A stretch of DNA of 64,000 nt from Balanoglossus misakiensis (Eukaryota > Animalia > Hemichordata). The DNA lies in assembly GCA_040954595.2 (NCBI GenBank), contig CM082576.2:62001-126000 (forward strand). The letters are read 5' to 3'. Of the stretch, positions 53,672 to 64,000 are shown one piece after another; position 1 is the stretch's first letter, and each line of letters starts with the position of its first letter. The notes under the pieces were generated by a model, which was not told the DNA's origin, did no database searches, and saw only the letters and a list, made by a program, of their open reading frames with translations. The position numbers and the translations under genes are program-made.

Positions 53672-53856
53672 TGCTGAAAATGGCGCCCCCATAGACACTG
53701 TCAACAAAGCTACAGAGACTGCGCACAAGTGGCGTCCTATCGGAATCATCGATTTCTTACAGAGGGGAGACAGCAACCAGTTTAAAGAGGGATACAGGGT
53801 CTTGGTCTATTCACTCGTAAAAGAAACAAAAGGCACTGGTAATTAACTATTAAAAT

Positions 53857-54050
53857 TTAAAGGCACATAAGCTGCAACTGGATAAAAAAATTAAGCTTTA
53901 AATAATCTCATATATGCTTTTAATTGCCTGATAATATGTCAAAATAACAGTTACTTATGACAAAATGGCCCCAAAATTAAAGAAATACCAGTAGTCGAAA
54001 ATTCCCCAATTTTTTTTAAATAGTGAAATATTGCAATGAAAAAAACGAGA
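53857..54050 (+). mobile_element. Kolobok-like MITE, left-end copy (same family as 1858-2318)
   Basis: TTAA+AGGCACATAAGCTGCAACT is the inverted counterpart of the 2296-2318 terminus; internal blocks are shared. Confidence 0.65.
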
Positions 54051-54200
54051 CCAAAATTGCTGAGCAAAATTCCTCCAATGATTTTTTTGCTCAGCTAATT
54101 GGCAAGTTTGTCATGTCGGTGGATAGAACATCAATGTGCCAACTACTTTATATCATAATATTCTTCTCTGCGACTTACTTCCACCTGCCTACAGTATTCC

Positions 54201-54257
54201 TACTGTACTACACTGTACTGTACTGTACCCAAATGTACTGTGTACTGTACTGTACAG
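54201..54257 (+). repeat. Degenerate (TACTG)n pentanucleotide repeat
   Basis: TACTGTACTACACTGTACTGTACTGTAC...TGTACTGTGTACTGTACTGTACAG. Confidence 0.7.
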
Positions 54258-54939
54258 CTACAGTTTTGCGTCCATCATCTGCAAGTTAATTTCTCCATGG
54301 CTACACATCCAATGATCCGAGTGCAGCCGCATCCTCGTTAGCATACAATCTATAGTATTACAGAGAGCGATCACGATGCAGTGCTATGTTCACGGTGGCA
54401 CGTTCCGCGTACAACTTGCAAAGCCAACATGTGTATTGTACGCGGCGTATGCTGGTAAAGCGTACTGTATCTTGTGAAACATACTAAGCTTAAACCTCGG
54501 GGAAACGTTACTGACTGAAGCAAGTATAAATAATAAAGAAAATGAACCACAAACCTCAGACAAAAATTAATATCACAATTTCCGAACAATGACCGTGTGT
54601 GCAGACAAAACAAAGTGCGACACCATAGTCAATGTTGTCCTGGTTTTACTTTTCTTTGGTGGCATGCAGGGCAACCTTTCACCTTTGGTGCAAACCATTC
54701 AATAAAAAGTAGAGAGAGTCCAACAACGTTAAAAATAGTGTTTTCTAGTCATCGGAAATTGAACAAATAATCTCAAAAATTACTTTAAATACAATCTGAC
54801 TGAATTTTTATCACACCTTATCCTTTGCAGTACTTTGATCCCGCTTTTAAATTTCTATAAGGGCGTCCTCCCCTACAAATAATTGGTTTAACAATACTAA
54901 TTTGCATCTAATTAATATTCTGATATCATTGCTAACATT

Positions 54940-55540
54940 TTCGTGCTTGTTGCACTCACAATGGCGACTGCGAATCCTGGATAGGTGTTAAGTCTTTTGG
55001 ATTTTGTTTTATTTTCTAGCATTAACTAATACTCAAAGTGACGGAGCATAATGCAGTTTCTATGAACTATTCTCCTTGTGATGCATCAATAGATTGCTGT
55101 GTGAATTTATTACTGCAAATACGTAGCTGTACGACGACCCGACTGAGAAGCAGACGACCAAAGTCACAATCATCATGACATGGTGGTGAGAGAGAAGAGG
55201 GTTCTCCCATATAGCGCAGTACGACGGCCTCAATGTGTTATATGGATTAGATTTTGAATTCCTTGATCCATCAGTGGGGTGTTTAGCCTAGTAGAAAGCC
55301 ACTGACTTAACTTAACATGCATTTGTGATAAATAGAACGGGCGATTTTCATCGAACGACTGGACGCAGTCTGCAGCGTACACGGACTGCAGAAGAGAGAC
55401 CATTCCGCGACGCTGATTTAATTTGCGTCGGTGATCAGTGATCGGAAGTCCGGTAAAAGTTACCAAACACAGTAGTACCAGGTTTGATCTCCGATTGCCC
55501 TCGTGGAATCAGTGTCATTTTTATGAAAGGCGAGTATAAA
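54940..55540 (+). promoter_or_regulatory. CpG-rich probable promoter/first exon of an unidentified + strand gene, divergent from PCMT1
   Basis: CpG density, ACAATGGCG (54958-54966), ETS-type CGGAAGT (55443-55449), and a possible GC-type donor AAAG|GCGAGT near 55529. Confidence 0.35.
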
Positions 55541-58500
55541 CTTAGTATTTTCTTAGGTTGGGTAGCCTCCGATGAAACCACTCATTTACGTAACTATTGT
55601 GAAGTACTTTGTTTTAATCTTTGTTGATGTAAATGTAACTGTTTTTAATACAGTTCATTGTTGTTGTGGACCTGCAAACTGAGGCCCAGACAGGACTCTC
55701 AATATGGCAATGACTAAAAAGAAAACTTACCTAATACTTTATTAACGACACACAGGTAAACATCTTGACTTCATTTTCTCCTTGATGGGAAACTAATAGT
55801 GCCTCGGCTATGTATATTTCCTTTGAAATGGTCATGACAAGGGTGGTAGAGACTGAGTTGGTGCATGCTGCAATTTACATCATGTTGTTACTGAAAATGT
55901 TAAATCAGATATCCAAATTACTTGAAAAGTAAAAGAAAAGATTATTAAGATAGTAGATTCACAGACACTAGTATATTTATGTCAACTTTGTTTTAAAAGA
56001 AACTTTGCAGTACTTGGGCGGAACTTAATACCACATACATGTATCTGTATCAAGTAATTTCCTGTATTTGTTTGATATAATTACAACTGAGTCTGTATAA
56101 GGGTGTTTACAGCGATATGTATGTAGACAATTCAGTGGCTTCATGGATAACAGGTTTATGGTTACCCAAACTACTAGCATTGTCATCATCATACTGATAA
56201 TTTTAGGGTTTAATTATGGCCATAGCAACTGAGCCCATCCAAGGACTTTTCATCATGCTTTAATACCAAAACAATCTATTTTTTCTTCTTCATAAAATTC
56301 AAAATGTTCTTAGAATTGTACTTACACAGGATAGTTGAAATAATATTGTCCATAAATGCCAGCATTTACCACAATAACACCACATGTAAAATCACCCATT
56401 TATGCCACTGAACTTTACAAAGACAACTTTAGTCAAACATTGCCTCATTGATGTTTTTAGACCAATATATGTCTATTTAAACTGTAACTAAAGTTTGTTA
56501 GTGAACCATAATTTCTAACTATTAGGGTTTTGCAATATAGTTAATTGGTTATATAATTGTTAATTTACTAAAATGGAATGATAAGTCTAGGCTGGACCCG
56601 AATAGAAGTAGTCAATATCAAGTTACTGCCAGAGTGGTATGTGGAGTTCAGACAGTATTGTCAGTCTGGCTGGCTTGCTGTATATATAGGCCAAAGAAGA
56701 TATGGGTGTGGGTGGTGTTTCAAATTCCATGTAAAAGTGCTTGTACTTGTTCGTAATCACTGTAAACTGGAACGCCCTAAGTGAGCATATCTCAAGACTT
56801 GTTGGTAGAAATTTAGGCTAGAATTCTGTTGGAATAAGTCGCTGATTATTCTAAAATTGTTTGGTGTCGATTATCATTTCTTGCAGAAGGGCCATCCAAC
56901 ATTGTTAATAGTCAACAATTTGTTTGCAGCCCACCAACCTCCAGGGGAAAGTCTTGTCAAAACACCAACATACAAAAGAGGATATTTGAGAATGGTGTTC
57001 TCTTGCTCATTGTCGTCTGTGGCTTTTCTATAAAGAATAGCCCACTTTTAGAGTACATGTAGTTCTAAACATTTTGGTACCCAGCTTGTGATCTGAAGGA
57101 GAATTTAAGTGTAATTTGCATGTATATTACGGTGAGGTCTGTACAGGTTGGTTGATTTCTTTGTAATACCGACTCAGGCAGAATATTCAATGTGTGTTTT
57201 GAATCTGTCACTTTTACTCAGTGACCGTGTTTCAAAAATGTTTGTTTCAGCATCAGTGAAATGATCTCGTAGAGCAGATCCAGGAACTGACATTTTACAA
57301 GACACACACTATATTTGGTGTTCATAGTACAACTAAAATCACAGACATGGTCAATGTAATGTAAAGGAAGGTGGGTGTTTGTGTCTTTGAAGGTCACCAC
57401 ATAAATTAACAAAATGTACCTATTTAGAGAAGGGGATTAGCAAAGCATATCTGTATAGTATTGTTTTTGTCCTTTATAGTTTTGTTGGCCACTTTGAACC
57501 ATTCTCCATGAAGTTGCAGGTATGCATGTTTCCTTGTCCAACATATAACATTCCACATAATCAGATAATCTAACTGCTGAGAAAGTACACATTATACCCA
57601 GTTTATACCAATAATCACAGTCCACACTGTACAATAATTAAACACCCCATGCTCTTCTGAAGAGTATCCTTCCATGAGTCTTAGAAGGATTTTTAGTGTG
57701 AACATCAGTCACTTTTAATCCTGTATCATGTCCTTCGCTGAATGTTAAGTGTACACTTTGATTATTTATTGTCAAAGGCGTCAAGGTAATTCAGTTAAAA
57801 TGAAACAAATTGAGCTGGTTTCTATCTTCAAGATAATCTGATTACAAGGGATAGTTCTTGTCTCTTTACAAAACTTTGGAACAAGCATGCAAGGTCTCAT
57901 CAACTTCAAGTCAATGTTGACTTACAGGTACATGTAGCAGCAAATGTCTTTGTGTTCTTTGTCAACCTCAAAGAAAGTTTATATACCAGATTACCACACA
58001 CAGCCTCCATGACCATCAAGTTCCATTTACTGAGTGGGATCAATAATGGAAGGTGAACCTGGAGGAGTTGCCGTTACAGCTTCCCACATTTTGAAACTAA
58101 TCTATTGGAGAGCACATCTTAGCAAGTACATGTTTACTGGCCTTTGAAAGTGTTTGTACCTGTACACAGGACAAACATGTGTACTAGACCATTTGCATTA
58201 TCTTCATGACGTGTTGAAATTATTAGTCATTACCCCAGTAATATTCCACTCACTGGAAGTAATGCATATGATGTTAAAAAAATCATTAATCTCTTTAATA
58301 AGCAGCCGAACTGTGCAATGTATGTCCGGGGCGACAGCATAAAAAAATAAGTCGCTGTTCCCTACATCTGATTTTAATCAGATTGGTCCGGACAATGCTT
58401 GGCTGTTCTTTGACAAAAACATAAGCGTGCATAGAAATGTCAGGAATAAAACTCTCAGAAGTGAAATTGGTCATTTAACAAGTATAAAAGACTGTTCTTT

Positions 58501-59833
58501 CCAGGTGATATGGATTTTTGAAGATGGTGATACTGATTGATATAAACTAAGTTAGTAGAGCAGAAATTATGGCTTTTGTGGTAATTCTTCCCGTCATCCT
58601 TTCATTTACTCCGGGGAGCATTTAACAGTAAACAAGATAGTAGTACCCTTACACCTATTGTCATATGTGGATAAAAAGGTGCCAGACCTCTTGGAGACAT
58701 TATAGTGAAGTCAAAGGACTTGTTGTTCCACTAAGTGCTAGTTATAGTAAAATGTTTGAATTGAGATCAACATGCAAAGCCAATTTTTGAAAACAGCATT
58801 CAGTCTGGATAGAGCCTTTGCTGGTGAATGTTCAGCTGATGACGTCAGAAAGTAATGATGTTTCATCCCATACTGAGAAATATTTGGTCTCATCAGTGAG
58901 ACAGCCACTATTCAAATCTGGCATGTTGCACAGGTATTTTCTATTCCAACATTGTCCAAGGGCATTATTGTTAGTTTGTTTACCACACACTCACCCATCA
59001 AAAAAGTTTCCTGAACTTTCAACCTTCTGTTGATGGGTTAGTTAATTTACATACTTTACAGACACAGAAGCACAGTCCAATGACTCTTTGAAACATGTAG
59101 GCAGGTCCTATGCATTTGACAATGTTTTTGGCCTTGGGTCTATTTTGTACTACTGGTGGTAGGATAAAACATAAGCACAGAGTTGCTAACAGCTCACATT
59201 CATATGTTGATACTAATAGTAGCAGTCAGTCTGTTTGTTAGTATGTTTTATTGTATGAGCAGTTTGAAAGCAGCAGGTGATTGTGGTTATCTGTCAGTAA
59301 GGAAAAGGAAATTTTTTTATTTATGATCGTTATAACCTTTGGATTAGGGAAGGTCATACATTTGAATGACATCAGAAACAATGATGCTCCGAAATAAACT
59401 AAAATATGTTTGTCTGCATGACTCACTGTGGTGCGGCCAGTGGTAAAAATACGTTTTTGTTTATGCTGCTATAGAGTTATATTTTCACATGCACATGTAA
59501 TCATTATAATATTGCAAAATGTTCTTATTTCAGAAGTCATAGATAATGCTGTGTCATAAAAAGAAGCATGGGTTTATTTGCATTTGCAATATATATTAAT
59601 ACAGAGATGCTTGCACTTTGTAAATTGGTGAAATCGGTATAAGTTGTATGGTTATCTATGTTTGTCCATGGGAATTCATATTTGCATATTATGTTGCTTT
59701 CTTGTATGAATCATTCCATATAACCACCAGCTCATGTTTCAGAGATTCAGAATTTACTGTGGAGTTCAATTTTTCTTTCCTCAACAGGAAGAGTTCGACA
59801 GCCAATGTCGAGTGAAAGAACAGCTGAAAAGCT

Positions 59834-59921
59834 ATGGATTCAGATAATGGGAATACAGAGGAGAATGGTGATCACAAAGCACCATCAGAAGTCCTCAGTA
59901 AGGTAGACGATTTACCAACAG
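59834..59921 (+). CDS. Probable first coding exon of an unidentified gene (MDSDNGNTEENGDHKAPSEVLSKVDDLPT...)
   Basis: Strong acceptor TTTTTCTTTCCTCAACAG at 59787, good Kozak GCTATGG preceded by an in-frame stop, donor CAG|GTATGT at 59921. No recognisable homology. Confidence 0.45.
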
Positions 59922-62900
59922 GTATGTCAAGTTAACGTGTGGATTGTTTGTTCCAAAAGAAACTAAATCATCCCTTGATTGATGTTACCTTTTACTTCTC
60001 TATAACATCTCTTGCTACACATTTTTAATCGACTGACATATTTATATTTGAAAGTTATAATAATAAGTAATTTGACGTAAATTATTACATTATTAGGGTA
60101 TGTTTTATGATCATGTCAGGATGATACATATACTGCATGCACTGCATAAAATTGAATTTAACAGTCAGTTTTATGTCCATAACTTCAGATAATACATATT
60201 TCGAATCATAATTTTAGTATTCAGTTTGGTATTAATTCTTTTTTGGTCTTGATAATGTATATTGGCACCTTTGGTTATACAGTAGAAGAACCCTCCCAAA
60301 GATTGGGGTCCTTCTGCCGCATAACCCCGGGCACTTGAACAAAATACATCAGGGCAGAAAAGATTATTAACATTAATGATTAATTTTACAAAGCAAAAGG
60401 ACTCTCAAACTGTAACCTAGGCATAAATTCAGAAGTCATAACCCTGTCACCACCACAGTGTGGCACAACCCTATTGTTTCAACATGACCTATAGAAATAG
60501 GGATGGGATTAAAAGAAGTCTATTTCTAAAGAATTTCCATGCCATAACTCAGAGATATAGACAACTTGTATACTGTGCCTGTATGACAATCCAAAGATTT
60601 CTCCCTCATACTAGGATTTGAAAACACTTGTAACTATACAGCTGAAGCTTGAACCTGATACAAGAGTGATGGTGTTACCTCATCATTTTTTTTTCAAGGA
60701 AAGCATCAGAGGCATAAAAACTGAATAAAATATCATTTCAGTGATATATTATTAGAATAGTAAATTAGGAAACTGTTGTTAGTTGATTTTTATAAAGTAT
60801 AGATTTGTCTGAACAATGTATATATTTTGATGATTGTCAAATCTGTTTATGTAATTGTACCCATAGAATTTCATATGGAGGGGCATCAACTCTGTCATTG
60901 GAAATACGATATGACTAGAATAATATATAAAACTTTATGGGAAATATGATAATACCATTAGACTAGGTTAAAAATACATCAAGATCCTTGATAGTAATAA
61001 TATTCAATTTGCTACCGTGGGATGATTTCTCATGAAATCAAATTATTGCAAATTTAGGTTTTTATTTTAAGACTTCCATAATAAAGATCATCTCAAGTAA
61101 TTAAAACTTTGATCATATGAAAGAAATGTGGCTGTTTACCTTGACAATTATGTGAGAAATGCTTACTGGTAACAAATTTTACCAAATGCAAATGAACACT
61201 CAATCTGGGATAGGTATATTAATGTCCTTTCAAATGCAACTTGCATGTAGATAAGTCATTCTTTTTATTGTTAAAATATTAAATGGAATAAATTTGATCA
61301 AGTATATTGGTTATGCTATTGTTCAATTTCAGTGCCAGATATCATTACATAACTTTGATAAAAGTGGGTATGGCAGTTTATTTTGTCTGTATTCATCCAG
61401 GGTAATTCCACCTGTGACCGGGTTCCTTCCTGACTTTGTTTTAATTTCAGTAGTTTGTTTCCTTCCTAATTCTTGAAATATTTTTATGGGCTGACATAGT
61501 CAAGTGTGGAGAGTTCTGCATGTATGTCCTTTTGGTCAGGTTACTCTTCATTGTGGTCAGTCTTGACAAGTTTACATGTGGATATACGAGCTAGTTCTCA
61601 TCCGACCAAGCCGGTAGACTATGAGTGTTTGCATTTAAGGTTTTTAAGCAAGGTAAATGACCCTTCACACTCTGGTAACTTCCATTGACATTGACTTTAC
61701 ATTGACAGTGAACTGAGCTTTAGTCTGTTTTAGAGATGAGTTTATTTGTTTCCCCTCCAGTGTTTTGGTTATTTGATAATGCATTACTGTACATCTTAGA
61801 TGTACCCCCTCTACTGTCTATGATTACATCAATATTTTGCAAGGTCTTACTTACATGTCATATCTACAATCTGTTCTGATACCATGTCATCGAGCGGTGT
61901 CATCGGCCTTAACCAGGGTTATTCTTCATCCATGGTATACATATACTGTTTAGATATAATTAAGTTATTGATTTCTTGTCCATAGTATGATATTGACAAG
62001 TGACCATGAGCAGATTATTACAATAGTTGTCACACTTGTGTTACATGTGGGTACTTCACTCATTTTGGTTTGTAGTGTCAGGGGCCGTGAACCATGGGAT
62101 AGTTGCCAGGTCAGGTTTTGAACTGTCAAGGGGAAGGACAAAGTGTTTCAGTGTCTAGAGGTTGAAATGACTTTAGGTGGTGTGTTCAAGTGATTGTTTT
62201 TGTAATTGTCAGGGTATGGTAATGGCCACCAAAATGCACTAAGTTTTGGTGTAATTATTAACAAGATATCAAGTGGTTGTATTGGTACATGTAATCATTC
62301 ACCACATGAATCACCAACGCCCCGGAATACACGTACACCCACATACTGTTTAAAGTTCTACGGAAGTTTCAAATAGGCTTACTCATTCTCACAGTGCACT
62401 GTAAAGTGTGTTCAAGAACAACTTATCATTTTGAGAATTTAATTTAAGAAAAAGGAAGGAATGAACTGACAACCACTTGGACAGGTGAGTCTTATCAACA
62501 CCAATGAAATTATGTAACATGTCTGGTCAGGATTATCCTGAAAATCAAGTGCCTTCTCATATAGTGATTGCAATCTGTCTGGAGTTCACTGACTTTTTAG
62601 GAGTGCTCTCCCTGCTTTGTTTATGCTTTTGGGTGGAGTTTCTAAAATATGAGGCCAGCTGCTTGTGATGTGTGGTGTGGTGTAACAGACCTGCAAACAT
62701 ACAAAAATGTCAGTTGATGATGAAGTACATCCAGAGACATCACTGATTAAGTTCATCATGTCTTCTTGTTCTGAAATAATTTACCATACATGTGACAAAC
62801 TATGACTACTTGACACTAAGTGAACCTAACCTTTAGACAACACTCATCAGGTTTTTGATGGTAAAACAGTACATGTATTAATTTATTCTTGAACACTTGA

Positions 62901-63153
62901 ACGATTTTAGAAAATATGTTATTGTTCAACTACAGGAAAAGGAGCTGACAAGATGCCTACTGATGCACGGAAACTCTTATAGGTATATAATAAACAAAGG
63001 AATAACTCCACTGCACTGAATACCTGTGCACATTATTTATACACTCAGGTTGTTTATGTTCACATTCTTGGTCCTGGTACACCTATTGGTTTTTCTTGTG
63101 TATTTTTTTCTGATGCACACTGTATTGAAATGTTAACTATTTCCTTTGTGTGA

Positions 63154-63402
63154 GCTGCAACTTTAGGGGAAATTATCATGAAATTTTTTTTTCAAACTGT
63201 ACTATAATTAGGTCATAATTAGTGTATACACTGAAGTATTATAAACCCAAAGTATGAGTACATATGCAAGTTTTAACCAGATGAATAATGCCACAAAGGA
63301 ATATTGCCGCCACCGTGGGTAAATGCAAAAATAATGAAAATGTTGCATTTCTCACATTAAAGCTTCAGAAACAAAGCATAATCTCATCCACTAGAACATC
63401 AT
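63154..63402 (-). mobile_element. Kolobok-like MITE, inverted right-half copy
   Basis: Reverse complement of about 2040-2303 (CATATGCAAGTTTTA, GCCGCCACCGT, AATGAAAATGTTGCATTTC, ATCTCATCCACT). Confidence 0.65.
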
Positions 63403-64000
63403 AAGCTTCAAGAATGCTTAACCTGTGAATATGTAATTTTGTGATCTGATAATATCCCATGCAAGATGTGTTTATATGCCTATACATGGTTTGATTATAC
63501 AATATCTGTGAGTGGGTGGGAGAGGTAAAAAATGGGACCAACTATGGAACCCACTGTTGGCTGAATCACTCAGTGTGCTATGTTGTGTACGAAGGCAAGA
63601 GTGACTGTACTGACATGCTCTCCAAGTGAAAGTTCACTGATGTCGATACAAGAAAATTTCATTCTTTTTATGAATTTCTTACTTTGATTATAATTTTTTC
63701 AAAGTTTGTCTGTGAGTGTGTGAAAAATTTGATAAACCTGAGAAAGCTCTATCCCTCTGGGAATGAGGGGTGTAAGCTCAGACTCACACAAAGGAAATTC
63801 ACCAGACTTAGGTCTGACTAGTGTGAAGTGTAGTTAAATAAAGGAAGCAGTATATGTATATTGTTTTCCTGTTAACATCAGAAGTGTTTTAGGGTGTCTT
63901 TAACAGTTTTGTCAATAATGTACAACCACTCTGGAATAATCACTGGAAAATACTTTGTAAAAAGACAGAAAACTCTCATTAATTGCAGTTGGGTTTAATA

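Noticed and set aside
56000-59700. Short ORFs in the ORF track across this region, and antisense ORFs over exons elsewhere
   Set aside because: Low-complexity AT-rich translations or shadows of real exons; no homology or splice support.
62718-62747. ATGATGA...CTGA box C/D-like pair
   Set aside because: Only about 30 nt apart; too short for a snoRNA.

Overview
AT-rich, intron-rich animal genomic DNA, probably from a marine invertebrate bilaterian; the species cannot be fixed from the sequence. Six spliced genes can be reconstructed: DYNC2LI1 (-), CLHC1 (+), LRRC9 (-), FAM98 (-), PSMD8 (+) and PCMT1 (-). The probable 5' part of an unidentified + strand gene follows, giving up to three head-to-head pairs. 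Introns and spacers hold many non-autonomous DNA transposons, including a near-perfect 1.2-kb foldback element with a target-site duplication in PCMT1 intron 1. The most unusual signal is two palindromic elements (571-755 and 16238-16378) whose arm sequences are unrelated but whose single-stranded-DNA structure is shared. Both have a GCGAAGC mini-hairpin apex, tandem GA/GA mismatches on the same strand, and identical ATTTA[GAG...CTC]ATTAT boundaries. Other candidates are a degenerate PARP-like domain inside LRRC9, a signal-peptide-like in-frame extension of PCMT1, RFX X-box-like motifs near the ciliary genes and CLHC1, a possible intronic C/D snoRNA, and FAM98-PSMD8 microsynteny. Gene names come from recalled similarity to human proteins, not from a database search. 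Exon coordinates are read by eye and may be off by a few bases.
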